Below, in pieces: positions 9,823 through 20,103 of a stretch of 64,000 nucleotides of DNA (position 1 is its first letter; every line of letters begins with the position of its first letter). Both the position numbers and the translations under genes were made by a program. The DNA is from Candidatus Rokubacteria bacterium CSP1-6 (GTDB taxonomy: Bacteria > Methylomirabilota > Methylomirabilia > Rokubacteriales > CSP1-6): positions 5,285-69,284 of the forward strand of contig LDXP01000001.1 of NCBI GenBank assembly GCA_001443385.1, read 5' to 3'. The notes beneath the pieces were generated by a model, which saw only the letters and a program-made list of their open reading frames with translations, was not told where the DNA came from and did not search any database.

Positions 9823-10982
9823 TAGAGGAGGATGTCGGCGTCGGCGGGCATTCCCGGCTTGAGGAGCCCCTGGGGGTTGTCCACGGCGATCTTGATCCGG
9901 AAGACGAGGTTGACCCGCTCCTTCTTCGTCTGGACATTCTTCGGGGTGAACTCGGCCTCGGAGGCGATCTCCGTGATCTTGCCGCTGAAGGTCCGGTCCT
10001 TGTACGCGTCGATCGTGATTCGCGCGGCCATCCCGACTTTGATCCGCCCGATGTCCGTTTCGGGAACGTAGGCGCGGAGCCAGAGGTCGGTCGGATCCAC
10101 GAGCGTGAGGATCGACACCCCGGAGTTGGCCATCTCGCCCGCTTCGAGATTCTTCCGGAGGACGACGCCGTTGATCGGAGACACGATGGCGGCCTCGCGC
10201 AGCCGGCTCCCGGCGAGGTCCAGCGCCGCCCGGGCCTGGCTCACCTGGCCGCGCGCCGCCTCGACCTGGAAGGGGCGCGGCCCGGCCAGGAGGAGGTCGA
10301 GATGATCGCGGACGGCTTTGAGCTGGGCCCGGGCCGCCTCGATCTGGTCGCGGCGCGGCCCGGCCTCCACCATCTGGAGGTTCGCCCGGGCCGAGCGCTC
10401 CTGGGCCACCGCCACCTCGTATGCCTGCCGGGCCCGGTCCACTTCCTGCATGGCGATGAGCTCCTTGGCGAACAATTCCTGGGCCCGCTTCAGATCGCGC
10501 TCGGTCCACACCCGGGTGGCTTCGGCGCTCCGCATGGCCTCCCGCGCCTGCTCGATCTCCTCCCGGCGCGACCCGGCCAGCAGGTCGTTCAACTGCGACT
10601 GGGCCCGATCCACGGTGGCGCGGGCCTCCTCGATCTCTTGGCGGCGCGCGCCCGCCAGCAGGTCGCGGAGTTGTGCCTCGGCACTCTTGAGGGCGGCCTC
10701 CGCGCGCTCAACTTCGGCCTTGAGCTCGGCGCCGTCGAGGCGCACGAGCAGCTGGCCCTCGGTCACCCGGTCGCCTTCGCGGACGCGCAGGGAGAGGATC
10801 CGGCCGGCGATCTTGGCGCTCACGTCCACCTGCGTCGCCTCCATGTTGCCGGTCACCTGGATGGTCGGGACGCCGAGGGAGTTGAGGAACCGCGACGCGA
10901 GGGGGCCGCCGACGGCCAGCGCGGCCACGACGAGCAGCACGGCCGTGATGCGCGCGAGGCGGGATCGGGTTGAGGGACTCAC
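9822..10982 (-). CDS. HlyD-family membrane fusion protein (YbhG-like)
   Basis: N-terminal TM, lipoyl-like VSAKIAGRI/VREGDRV, long coiled coil, EAEFTPKNVQT, LKPGMPAD. Confidence 0.92.
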   Translation of the reverse strand: MSPSTRSRLARITAVLLVVAALAVGGPLASRFLNSLGVPTIQVTGNMEATQVDVSAKIAGRILSLRVREGDRVTEGQLLVRLDGAELKAEVERAEAALKSAEAQLRDLLAGARRQEIEEARATVDRAQSQLNDLLAGSRREEIEQAREAMRSAEATRVWTERDLKRAQELFAKELIAMQEVDRARQAYEVAVAQERSARANLQMVEAGPRRDQIEAARAQLKAVRDHLDLLLAGPRPFQVEAARGQVSQARAALDLAGSRLREAAIVSPINGVVLRKNLEAGEMANSGVSILTLVDPTDLWLRAYVPETDIGRIKVGMAARITIDAYKDRTFSGKITEIASEAEFTPKNVQTKKERVNLVFRIKIAVDNPQGLLKPGMPADADILL

Positions 10983-10987
10983 GGGGC

Positions 10988-12325
10988 TCAGGACCTCGGA
11001 GCGCTCCCGGGCGGGATCGGCAGCAGGACCCCCACGTTGCGCCGCTCGTCGGGGAAGTAGGCGCGGGCCACCCGCTGGAGATCCGCGGCGGTCACCGCGC
11101 GGATCGCCGGGACGAACCCGTCCCGGAGCCGCCAGCCGCCGAGGAGCTCGAAGCGGGCCAGGAGGGAGGCGCGGCTGTACACCGAATCCTGCCGGAAGAC
11201 GAAGGAGGCCTCGATCTGGTTCTTCGCGCGCTCGAGCTCGGTGGCGGAGACGGGCTCGGTCTTGAGCCGCTCCACCTCCTTCATCAGGGCGCGCTCCAGC
11301 GCCTCGGGGGTCTGGCCGGGCAGCGCCGTGGCAAAGAACCAGAAGAGGTTCGGGTCCGTGGAGAAGTAGGAGTAGTCGCCGCCGGCGTTCAGCGCGATCT
11401 GCTGCTCGTACACGAGCCGGCGGTAGAGCCGGGAGCTCCGCCCCTCCGAGAGGATCGTGGACAGCAGCTCCAGCGCCAGTGCGTCCGGCGAGCGGAAATT
11501 CGGCACCGGGTAGCCGATGAAGACCAGCGGGAGCTGGGCCTCCTTCTTCACCGTCACCCGGCGCTCGCCGTTCTGCCTGGGCTCCGCCACCGTCAGGGGC
11601 GGCGGGTCGGCGGCGCGCGGGATGGGGCCGAAGGCCCGGCGGATCTTCTCGAGGAGCTCGGGCGCCTTGAAATCGCCCGCGGCGGCCACCAGAGCGTTGT
11701 TGGGGACGTAGTAGGTGCGGTAGAAGGCTCGAAGCTCCTCCACCGTGAGCCCGCGGAGATCCTCCATCCAGCCGACGATCGGCGAGCGGTACGGGTGCGC
11801 GACGAAGGCGATCGCCGACAGCTCCTCCCCGAGGAAGCCCTCCGGGTCGTCCTCGGTCCGGGTGCGGCGCTCTTCCATGACCACCTGCCGCTCGGATTCG
11901 AAGTCTTTGGGATCGAGGAGCAGGTTCCGCATCCGATCGGATTCAAGGGCGACAATGAGGTCGAGCTTGTCCGCCGAAACGTTCACGAAATAGGAGGTGT
12001 GGTCCTGGCTCGTGAAGGCGTTGTCCTGGCCGCCGTTCTGCTCGACGAGGGTGGAGAACATCCGGGGGCCATAGGTCGGCGTCCCCTTGAACATCATGTG
12101 CTCCAGGAGGTGGGCGAGGCCGGTGGCACCGGGCCGCTCGTTGCGGGAGCCGACCCGGTACCAGACCTGGAAGGAGACGACGGGGCTCCGGTGATCTTCC
12201 AGGAGCAGCACCCGGAGGCCGTTGTCCAGGGTGGCCTCCAGCACCTCGTCCGCCCCCGGCGCTGACGCCCCCGCGAACACGACAACAAGGACGGCGACAA
12301 GGACGAAACGGATGAAGGCTTTCAC
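10988..12325 (-). CDS. M16 family zinc metallopeptidase, catalytic subunit, secreted
   Basis: GLAHLLEHMMFKGT (HXXEH), NAFTSQD, VMEERR; signal peptide. Confidence 0.92.
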   Translation of the reverse strand: MKAFIRFVLVAVLVVVFAGASAPGADEVLEATLDNGLRVLLLEDHRSPVVSFQVWYRVGSRNERPGATGLAHLLEHMMFKGTPTYGPRMFSTLVEQNGGQDNAFTSQDHTSYFVNVSADKLDLIVALESDRMRNLLLDPKDFESERQVVMEERRTRTEDDPEGFLGEELSAIAFVAHPYRSPIVGWMEDLRGLTVEELRAFYRTYYVPNNALVAAAGDFKAPELLEKIRRAFGPIPRAADPPPLTVAEPRQNGERRVTVKKEAQLPLVFIGYPVPNFRSPDALALELLSTILSEGRSSRLYRRLVYEQQIALNAGGDYSYFSTDPNLFWFFATALPGQTPEALERALMKEVERLKTEPVSATELERAKNQIEASFVFRQDSVYSRASLLARFELLGGWRLRDGFVPAIRAVTAADLQRVARAYFPDERRNVGVLLPIPPGSAPRS

Positions 12326-12331
12326 GAATCG

Positions 12332-12337
12332 ATTATA
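12332..12337 (-). promoter_or_regulatory. -10 box TATAAT 6 nt before GTG (leaderless start)
   Basis: TATAAT-cgattc-GTG. Confidence 0.6.
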
Positions 12338-12345
12338 CCGTGGAT

Positions 12346-12362
12346 CCCCCTCACCCTGCCCT
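12346..12362. repeat. Partial BoxC/REP-like repeat
   Basis: CCCCCTCACCCTGCCCT, matches the start of the 6191 copy. Confidence 0.55.
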
Positions 12363-12374
12363 ACCCGACGCCCC

Positions 12375-13580
12375 TTACCTCTTCTGGGCGCGCTTGAGGC
12401 GGAGCGGCTGGGGAAACGCCATGACCACCACCGCGCCGAGCCCGGCCACCACCGCCGCCCCGTAGCAGCCTCCGGCGAAGGAGCCCGTCACGTCCTTGAT
12501 CCAGCCGGTGAGGAAGGGACCCACGATCGAGCCGACGAAGCAGATCGTGTTCAGAAGACCGAAGGCGCTTCCCAGCACGCCCGGCGGAAAGCGATCCGCC
12601 ATGAGCGCATAGACCGGTCCCCACGTCCCCCAGAGGAAAAAGCTCGTGGCCATGATGAAGAAGGCCACCAGGCCCGGGGAGCCCTTGGCGGCGAGCACGG
12701 TGCCCAGGGCGCCGATGGACGCGCCCGCCAGGAGGATCGTGAGCGCGATGACCACTTTGCGGGAGATCCCGCGCTCGTGGGCGCGGTCGGCGAGCCAACC
12801 CATGGCGAAGAGGCCAAACGGGGCCGCCACGCCCTGGAAGCTCGCGTAGAGGGCCGAACGGCCCAGGTCGCTGACACCCACCTCCGAGAAGAAGAGCGGG
12901 CCCCAGGTCGCGAGCACGAACTGGAGATAGACCGGCATGATCCCGGCGAGCCCCAGGATCCAGAGCGCGGGGGTGGCTGCGACGCGCCGGAACGTCCACC
13001 CGGCGACGTCTGCCACGGGCGGGCTTGGCGGCTCGGGGACGAGCCGCCAGAGGAGGAACGCGGCCAGGAGCGGCGGGAGGGCGAATACGAAGAAGACGCC
13101 CCGCCACGGCATGAGCTCGCCCAGGACACCGGCCAGCAGCAGGCCGAGGGTCGTCCCGAGGCCCGCTCCCGAGAACGAGACGCCCTGCCCCATCGCCATC
13201 TTCTCCTTGGGTGTGTACGCGGCGATGATCACCCGGTCGTTGGAGAACATCGAACCCTGACTGAGGCCGGTGAGGAGCCGCGCGGCGAACAGCGCCGCGA
13301 ACGACCCCGCCAGCCCCGTGAAGAGGGAGGCGAGGACGCCGAGGAGAATTCCCCCCAGGACCACGCGCCGCCGCCCGAGGCGGTCGCCCAGAAAGCCCGC
13401 GGGCAGCTGCATCGCCATGTAGGCGTAGAAGAAGGCCGTGGCCAGGAAACCGGCCCGTGTGTATGAGAGCCCAAGCTCCGTCATGATGGGGGGAAGGAGC
13501 GAGGAGAGCGCCATGCGGATCATGTAGTTGCCGATCCACGCGTAGATCAGGAGGCCCCAGACGAGGTAGGCAGAGGGCAC
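12375..13580 (-). CDS. MFS transporter
   Basis: GFLGDRLGRR motif A, ARLLTG, GWLADR, about 12 TM; TATACT 6 nt upstream of GTG. Confidence 0.9.
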   Translation of the reverse strand: MPSAYLVWGLLIYAWIGNYMIRMALSSLLPPIMTELGLSYTRAGFLATAFFYAYMAMQLPAGFLGDRLGRRRVVLGGILLGVLASLFTGLAGSFAALFAARLLTGLSQGSMFSNDRVIIAAYTPKEKMAMGQGVSFSGAGLGTTLGLLLAGVLGELMPWRGVFFVFALPPLLAAFLLWRLVPEPPSPPVADVAGWTFRRVAATPALWILGLAGIMPVYLQFVLATWGPLFFSEVGVSDLGRSALYASFQGVAAPFGLFAMGWLADRAHERGISRKVVIALTILLAGASIGALGTVLAAKGSPGLVAFFIMATSFFLWGTWGPVYALMADRFPPGVLGSAFGLLNTICFVGSIVGPFLTGWIKDVTGSFAGGCYGAAVVAGLGAVVVMAFPQPLRLKRAQKR

Positions 13581-13641
13581 CCGGGGAGTATACGGCAGAG
13601 CCCGAGGACGGCAAAGAGCCAAATGGTGTAGTATCTGGCTC

Positions 13642-14700
13642 ATGCGCGCCACCTTCCTCGCCGCCGTCGCCGTCGCGCTCCTTCTGCCGTCCCCGGCGGC
13701 GGCCCAGCGCTGCACCGAGCCGCTGTCGGTCGTCTTCGAGCGCGTCTCGCCGACCGTCGTATCCATCAACGCCGTCAAGATCAACAAGGGCAAGACCCAG
13801 CGGCGCTTCTCGATCGTGGTGGGGTCGGGGTTCATCCTCGACGGAAGCGGCGAGATCCTGACCAACGCCCACGTGGTGGACGGCGCCACCGGCATCTCCG
13901 TCACGCTCGACTCGGGCGACCGGGTGGACGCGCGGATCCTGGGCCTCGACCCGGTCCTGGACCTGGCGCTGCTGAAGGTGGACGCCGACCAGCGGCTCCC
14001 GACCGTCACGCTGGGGGATTCGGAAAAGCTCAAGGTGGGCGAGGAGGTGATCGCCATCGGCAACCCCCTCGGGCTCGACCAAACCATGACCCGGGGGATC
14101 GTGAGCGGCACCAACCGGATGCTTCCCGAGGTGCCGGGCTCAGTGGACGAGCCGATGATCCAGACCGACGCGGCGATCAACCCGGGCAACTCCGGCGGGC
14201 CGCTGATGGACCGGTGCGGGCGGGTAATCGGCATCAACACGCTCATCTCCGAGGAGGCGCAGAACATCGGCTTCGCGATCCCGATCAACGTCGCCAAGTC
14301 CGTTCTCCGAGAGCTCCGGGAGAAGGGGCGGGTGGTCCGCCCGTGGATCGGGATCCAGGGCCGGATGGTGGCCCCCTCCCTCCTGACATTGCTGCGCGCG
14401 CCGCTCGTGCCCGGTTTCCTGATCGAGGTCGTCGAGGACGGCAGCCCCGCGGAGCGCGCCGGCCTCCACGGCGGTCACCTCTCCGTCGCCGTTCAGGGCG
14501 AGGAGTTTCTCGTGGGCGGCGACATCCTGACGGCCGTCGGCGGCCGGCCTATCAAGGACGACGACAACTTCCGCGCCGCGACGAAGTCCCTCAAGCCCGG
14601 CCAGCAGGTCCGCCTGACCGTCTTCCGGGACGGCGTGACGCGGGAGGTGACGCTGGCGGTGGTGGAGCGGCCACGCCTGCCCTACGACCTCGCCGACTAA
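13642..14700 (+). CDS. HtrA/DegQ-type serine protease with one PDZ domain
   Basis: Signal peptide, GSGF, TNAHVV, DLALLK, QTDAAINPGNSGGPL, C-terminal PDZ. Confidence 0.93.
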   Translation: MRATFLAAVAVALLLPSPAAAQRCTEPLSVVFERVSPTVVSINAVKINKGKTQRRFSIVVGSGFILDGSGEILTNAHVVDGATGISVTLDSGDRVDARILGLDPVLDLALLKVDADQRLPTVTLGDSEKLKVGEEVIAIGNPLGLDQTMTRGIVSGTNRMLPEVPGSVDEPMIQTDAAINPGNSGGPLMDRCGRVIGINTLISEEAQNIGFAIPINVAKSVLRELREKGRVVRPWIGIQGRMVAPSLLTLLRAPLVPGFLIEVVEDGSPAERAGLHGGHLSVAVQGEEFLVGGDILTAVGGRPIKDDDNFRAATKSLKPGQQVRLTVFRDGVTREVTLAVVERPRLPYDLAD

Positions 14701-14705
14701 TTTAG

Positions 14706-15566
14706 ATGGAAGTTCTGCTCCAGCTCCTGATCGGCGGCATCCTCCAGGGCGGCATCTACGCCCTCGGGGCCTTCGGGCTCTCCCTCATCTTCGGCGTGCT
14801 CCGGGTCCTCAACGTGGCGCACGGCGATTTCCTGATCCTCGGGGCCTACGCGACGTTCCTGCTCTACTCGACCCTGGGCCTCTCGCCGTTTGTGGCCCTC
14901 GCCCTGGTCTTCCCGGCCTTCGTCCTGATCGGAATGGCGGTCGAGCGCGCCCTGATCCGCCCGATGCGGGCTCAGACCGCCCACGAGTTCCTCGTCGCCT
15001 CCATCCTCATCACGCTGGGGATCGCGCTGGCCGTGGAGGACCTGCTGGCCTTCTCGATGGTCCAACCGGTCAAGGGGATCGACTACTCCCTGGCGCCTCT
15101 CCGAGTAGGCGGCCTCGTGATCTCCACCCTGCGCCTCCTGTCCCTCGGCGTGATCGTGCTGCTCTCGGTCGCGCTACACTTTTTTCTGCAATCGACGCTT
15201 CAAGGAAAGGCCATCAGGGCTGTCATCGAAGACCGGGAGGGCGCCATGCTGGCCGGGATCAACGTCCTCGCGGTCTCGCGCAACACCTTCGGGCTGGGTA
15301 TCGCGCTCACCTCCGCGGCCGGCGTCTTCTTCATCTCGATCATTCCCGTGGAGCCCCACATGGGCCTCCCCCTCACCCTCAAGTACCTCTCCATCATCGT
15401 GCTGGGCGGGATCGGCAATCTCCCGGGCACGCTCCTGGGCGCGGTGATCCTGGGGTGCTCGGAATCGCTGGTGGGGTTCTGGTGGGGCGCCGAGTGGTCG
15501 CTCACCGTCGCCTTCGTGATCCTGATCGCCATCCTCCTCTGGAGACCGAAGGGCCTCTTCGGATGA
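14706..15566 (+). CDS. livH: Branched-chain amino acid ABC permease, LivH-like
   Basis: GLSLIFGVLRVLNVAHGD, GKAIRAV.ED..GA.LAGIN, VLGGIG. Confidence 0.88.
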   Translation: MEVLLQLLIGGILQGGIYALGAFGLSLIFGVLRVLNVAHGDFLILGAYATFLLYSTLGLSPFVALALVFPAFVLIGMAVERALIRPMRAQTAHEFLVASILITLGIALAVEDLLAFSMVQPVKGIDYSLAPLRVGGLVISTLRLLSLGVIVLLSVALHFFLQSTLQGKAIRAVIEDREGAMLAGINVLAVSRNTFGLGIALTSAAGVFFISIIPVEPHMGLPLTLKYLSIIVLGGIGNLPGTLLGAVILGCSESLVGFWWGAEWSLTVAFVILIAILLWRPKGLFG

Positions 15567-16447
15567 AGCTGGCGCTCGCCGCGATCGGTCTCTCGGCCTT
15601 TATCCTCCTCCCATGGTTCACTTCCACGTACGTGATCTCGCTGGCCTTCGCCCTCTTTCTCACCGCCGCGCTCGCCCAGAGCTACGACTGGGTGGGCGGC
15701 CACCTCGGCTACATGAACCTGGGCCACGCGGCCTTTTTCGGGATCGGCGCCTACACCTTCGGCATCGTCTTTGCCCGGGGCGGCGGCCTTCCCCTGGCGT
15801 GGACGGCCGCCGTCCTCCTCCCGGCAGCCGCGGCGCTCCTCATGAGCTACCCGTTCTTCCGCCTCCGCGGGGCGTACTTCGCCCTCGCGACGTTCGGGCT
15901 CGTGGCGCTCCTGGAGCGCCTGGCGGGGAACCTGGTAGGGCTCACGCGGGGCTCCGAGGGCCTCACGATCCCGACCGGCTACCGGCTCTACCCGGCCTAC
16001 TACACCCTGCTGGCCCTCTGCGCGGCCCTCACGCTGGCCACGTGGTGGCTCTCGCGTTCGCGGGTGGGGCTGGCGCTCGTGGCGATCCGGGAGGACGAGG
16101 ACGCGGTCGGCGCTTACGGGGTGGCGCCCTTCCGCTTCAAGTGCGGAACGCTCGTCGCGAGCGCGGCGGTCGCCGGGCTGGTCGGGGCCGTCTATACCTG
16201 GCAGATTACCTACATCACGCCGGGGGACATCTTCAGCCTGGAGAAGGCGGTCGGCCCCGTGGTGATCGCGATGATCGGGGGATCGGGGACCGTCCTGGGA
16301 CCGCTGGTGGGGGCGCTCTTGATCGAGGTGATCCGGGAGTTCCTGCGCTTCAAGACCCAGTACCTCGCCCTGACCGTTTACGGGATCATGCTGATCCTCG
16401 TCGGGCTCTTCATCCCCGGCGGCCTCATGCGCCTCCGCCGCCGTTAG
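15563..16447 (+). CDS. livM: Branched-chain amino acid ABC permease, LivM-like
   Basis: NLGHAAFFGIGAY, RLRGAYFALAT, AIREDE; ATGA overlap. Confidence 0.88.
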   Translation: MKLALAAIGLSAFILLPWFTSTYVISLAFALFLTAALAQSYDWVGGHLGYMNLGHAAFFGIGAYTFGIVFARGGGLPLAWTAAVLLPAAAALLMSYPFFRLRGAYFALATFGLVALLERLAGNLVGLTRGSEGLTIPTGYRLYPAYYTLLALCAALTLATWWLSRSRVGLALVAIREDEDAVGAYGVAPFRFKCGTLVASAAVAGLVGAVYTWQITYITPGDIFSLEKAVGPVVIAMIGGSGTVLGPLVGALLIEVIREFLRFKTQYLALTVYGIMLILVGLFIPGGLMRLRRR

Positions 16448-16509
16448 ACGCCAAGGTCAAGTGGCCCTCCTCTCCTTTCGGGAAGCGATCACGGCGAGGT
16501 CTCCGGCTC

Positions 16510-17337
16510 TCACCGGTTACGCAGTCGCGGGTTCAGGGTGTCGTTGAGCCCCTCGCCGAGCAGGTTGATGGCGAGCACGGTGAGGAGGATGGCGATACCC
16601 GGGATCGTGCAGAGCCACCACGCCGTGCGCAGGAAGGTGCGCCCCGCGCCGATCATGAAGCCCCAGCTCATCGTGTTCGGATCGCCGAGGCCGAGGAAAG
16701 AGAGCGCGGACTCGATGAGAATCGCCGTCGCCACGATGAGGGAGCCGGTCACGATGATCGGCGAGAGGCAGTTGGGCAGGATGTGGCGGAAGATCACGCG
16801 GCGGTCGCTCATGCCGAGGCAGATGCAGGCCTGGACGAACTCGCGGCTGCGCATAGCCATGAACTCGCCGCGGACGAGGCGGGCGACGGCGGGCCAGCTC
16901 ACCACGGCGATGGCGATGACGATGCTCTTGATCGAGGGCGCGAGGATCGCCACGAGCAGGATCGCGAAGAGGAAGGTCGGGATGGTCTGAAAGAACTCCG
17001 TCACCCGCATCAGCACGTCGTCGACGAGGCCGCCATAGTAGCCCGCGACGCCGCCCATCACGGTCCCCACGACCATGGCGCCGACGGTGGCAAGGAGGCC
17101 GATCATCAGCGACGTCCGCGCTCCGTGCGCGATCCCCGCTGCCACGTCCCGCCCCAGCACATCGGTGCCGAAGAGGTAGCTCCCGAACGGTGGCAGGAAG
17201 GGCTGGTCGACCCGGCGAAACGGGCTGCCCGAGAAGGCGATCGGCGCCGTGGCGGCGGCGACGACGACGATGGTAAGGACGGCGAGCCCGAGCAGGGCCG
17301 AGCGGCTCCTCACGAAGCGGCGCCAGAAGGCCATCAC
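16510..17337 (-). CDS. Peptide/nickel ABC permease (DppC/OppC-like)
   Basis: FGTDVLGRDV, HILPN, ESALSFLGLG, GEGLNDTLNPR. Confidence 0.92.
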   Translation of the reverse strand: MMAFWRRFVRSRSALLGLAVLTIVVVAAATAPIAFSGSPFRRVDQPFLPPFGSYLFGTDVLGRDVAAGIAHGARTSLMIGLLATVGAMVVGTVMGGVAGYYGGLVDDVLMRVTEFFQTIPTFLFAILLVAILAPSIKSIVIAIAVVSWPAVARLVRGEFMAMRSREFVQACICLGMSDRRVIFRHILPNCLSPIIVTGSLIVATAILIESALSFLGLGDPNTMSWGFMIGAGRTFLRTAWWLCTIPGIAILLTVLAINLLGEGLNDTLNPRLRNR

Positions 17338-17362
17338 CCCGCCACCGCGATTGCGCCGGGCC

Positions 17363-18349
17363 TCATGCCGCCTGGATCCGGGGATCGAGGAAGGTGTAGA
17401 GGAGATCGACGGTCAGATTCACGAGGATGACGAGGGAGGCGGACAGGAAGAAGATCCCCATCAGGAGGTTGAAGTCTCGGGCGAACAGGGACTGGTAGGC
17501 GAGGAGACCCAGGCCCGGCCACGCGAACACCGTCTCCACCACGATGGAGCCGCCGAGGAGCCCGCCCATCTGGACGCCGGCCATGGTGACGACGGGCAGG
17601 ATGGCGTTGCGCAGGACATGGGTGAGGGTGATCCGCCCCTCGGAGAGACCCTTGGCGCGCGCCGTCGCCACGTAGTCCATGCCGGCCTGCTCGAGCACGG
17701 CCGCGCGCATCAGGCGCGTGTAGAGCGCCATGTAGAAGAGCGACAGCGTGATCGCGGGCAGCACGAGGTGGCGGGCGATATCCGCGACGCGGGCCCAGCC
17801 CTCGTGGAAGGCGGCGACCGTCTCCATCCCGCTCGTCGGCAGCCAGTCGAGCTTGAGGGAGAAGACCACGATCAGCATGAGGCCGATCCAGAACAGCGGG
17901 GTGGCGTAGGAGATCAGGGCGAGGATCGAGATCAGCGTGTCACGCCAGCTGCCGACGCGGGAGGCGGCGAGCAGGCCGAGGACGATGCCCGCGCCCACGG
18001 AGAGGACGAGGGTCACCCCCATGAGCAGGAGCGTCGGCCACAGGCGCTGCAGGATGAGGTCGAGCACGGGCATGTTGTGGCGGAACGAGAAGCCGAGGTT
18101 GAGCGAGAGCATGTTCTTCACGTAGAGGAGCAGGCGGGCCCAGAGAGGGTGGTCGAGGCCGAACCGCTCGCGGAGCTGCGCCATGTACTCGGGTGAGGCC
18201 GAGCCGGCCTCGCCGGCAAGGACCTGAGCGGCGTCGCCGGGCGCGAGGTGGAGCAGCAGGAAGTTCAGGGCGAGGATGGCGAGGATCACCGGCACCGCCT
18301 GCAGCAGCCGCCGGACGACATAGCCGAATCGGCCCGTGCCTGTCCTCAT
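17363..18349 (-). CDS. Peptide/nickel ABC permease (DppB/OppB-like)
   Basis: LAPGD, DYVATARAKGL, VETVFAWPGLG, LDPRI. Confidence 0.92.
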   Translation of the reverse strand: MRTGTGRFGYVVRRLLQAVPVILAILALNFLLLHLAPGDAAQVLAGEAGSASPEYMAQLRERFGLDHPLWARLLLYVKNMLSLNLGFSFRHNMPVLDLILQRLWPTLLLMGVTLVLSVGAGIVLGLLAASRVGSWRDTLISILALISYATPLFWIGLMLIVVFSLKLDWLPTSGMETVAAFHEGWARVADIARHLVLPAITLSLFYMALYTRLMRAAVLEQAGMDYVATARAKGLSEGRITLTHVLRNAILPVVTMAGVQMGGLLGGSIVVETVFAWPGLGLLAYQSLFARDFNLLMGIFFLSASLVILVNLTVDLLYTFLDPRIQAA

Positions 18350-18430
18350 GGGTCCGAAGTCGCTTCGCGCGCGGGGGGGAAGGGCGCGGGGCACCGCCGC
18401 GACGGCCGGCGGCGCCCCGAGATGCCCGCC

Positions 18431-20032
18431 CTACTTGTCGAGGTGGACCCGATCGAAGGGGGCGTAGAGGCCCAGGGGGCTGACGATGAGGTCCTTGAAC
18501 TGCTTGTTGTACACGGTGACGAACTGCAGCTCGTGGACCCAAACGAGGGGCGCGGCCTCGACGACGAGCTGCTGCAGCTCCTTGTAGAGCACCCCGCGCT
18601 TGGCCGGGTCGGGCTCGACCGTCGCCATGTCCATGAGCTGGTCCGTCCGCGGCGACGCCCAGCGCGAGCCGTTCACGAAGACCACCCCGGGGCGGATGGA
18701 GTTCGTGTGGTAGAGGCGATGGACGCCGATCACGGGGTCGGCGAGGGTCTGGATCCAGTTGTTGGTGAGCTGGAAGTCGTAGTCGGTGTAGATCCGGCGG
18801 AGCCACGTCGGCACGTCCTCGTGGCGCAGGGTCGCCTTGATCCCGATCTCCGCAAGCACCTGCTGCACGTACTCGCCGTAGCGCTGCCACTCCTCGCCGT
18901 ACGGCGTGATGTCGTGGACGATCTCGGCGCGGATGCCGTTGGGGCCGCGCCGGAGGCCGGCCTCGTCGAGCAGCTTGTTGGCAACCTCGACGCCGTTCGG
19001 CACGTTGTAGCTCTTGACGCTGGGCGTATAGAGGCCGGCCACCGCGAAGTTCGAGTTGATCGGACCCGTCGCCGGCTTCCCGAAGCCGAACCAGACGTTG
19101 TCGATGACGAACTTTCGGCTGATGGCGTAGGAGACGGCCTGGCGGACCTTCTGGTTGTCGAAGGGGGGCCGCGTCGTGTTGAAGTCGAGCTGCACGATGG
19201 GCGACTGCATCTCGTAGCCGCGTGTCGTCGCCTCGATCTGCGGCAGCCTGGCGAGCGCCTTGACATCGCTGTAGGGGATGGCGCCGAAGCCGCCCACATG
19301 GGCCTCGCCCTTCTCGATGGCGGCGGTGCGCGTGGCGGAGTCGGCGACGAAGCGGGCGACGAAGCGGTCGAGGTAGGGCCGGCCCTTCTTCCAGTAGTCG
19401 GGGTTCCGGTCGAAGCGCATGAACTGCCCGCGCTGCCACTCGACGAACTTGTAGGGGCCGGTGCCGACCGGGCTGTTCGCCTGCTTGTTGTTCTTGATGT
19501 CGGTGCCCTCGAAGAGATGCTTCGGGAGCATGGGCGACTCGTAGCCGGACAGCGCCATCATCAGGTACGGCGCCGGGTTTGCGAGCTTGAAGACGGCGGT
19601 GTGCTCGTCGGGCGTCTCGATGTCGACGACGTCGCGGAACGTGATGGCGCCGCGCGGGTGGAACTTCTTCAGCACCTCGAGCACGGAGAACTTCACGTCG
19701 GCGCTCGTGAAGGGCTTGCCGTCGCTGAACTTGATGCCCTTGTGGAGCTTGAAGCTGATCGTCTTGCCGTCGCCGCTCACCGTCCACGACTGCGCGAGCC
19801 CCGGGATGGGTTTGAGGTTGAAGTCGTACTCGAGGAGGCCTTCATACACCTTGGTGGTGACCTGACCGATCGGCCCCGACGTGCTGAGGTAGGAGGCGAG
19901 CGTGGGCGGCTCCGGCTGGACGAGCATGACGAGGGTGCCGCCGCGCTTCTGCCCCGAGGCCGTGTCCGGCATGAGCGCGAGCCCCGCAAGAGCGACGACG
20001 AGACAGCACCTGAGGATTCGAGTTAGGATCAT
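18431..20032 (-). CDS. Family 5 ABC substrate-binding protein (DppA/OppA-like)
   Basis: Signal peptide, YEGLL, LAQSW, GTGPYKF, KVRQAV; GAGGAGG RBS. Confidence 0.92.
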   Translation of the reverse strand: MILTRILRCCLVVALAGLALMPDTASGQKRGGTLVMLVQPEPPTLASYLSTSGPIGQVTTKVYEGLLEYDFNLKPIPGLAQSWTVSGDGKTISFKLHKGIKFSDGKPFTSADVKFSVLEVLKKFHPRGAITFRDVVDIETPDEHTAVFKLANPAPYLMMALSGYESPMLPKHLFEGTDIKNNKQANSPVGTGPYKFVEWQRGQFMRFDRNPDYWKKGRPYLDRFVARFVADSATRTAAIEKGEAHVGGFGAIPYSDVKALARLPQIEATTRGYEMQSPIVQLDFNTTRPPFDNQKVRQAVSYAISRKFVIDNVWFGFGKPATGPINSNFAVAGLYTPSVKSYNVPNGVEVANKLLDEAGLRRGPNGIRAEIVHDITPYGEEWQRYGEYVQQVLAEIGIKATLRHEDVPTWLRRIYTDYDFQLTNNWIQTLADPVIGVHRLYHTNSIRPGVVFVNGSRWASPRTDQLMDMATVEPDPAKRGVLYKELQQLVVEAAPLVWVHELQFVTVYNKQFKDLIVSPLGLYAPFDRVHLDK

Positions 20033-20103
20033 GTGCGTTCCCTCCTATTCAGCGGTGGACCGGCGCTCCAGGATGACCGAGGACCCTGTGACGTGTTGGC
20101 CGG

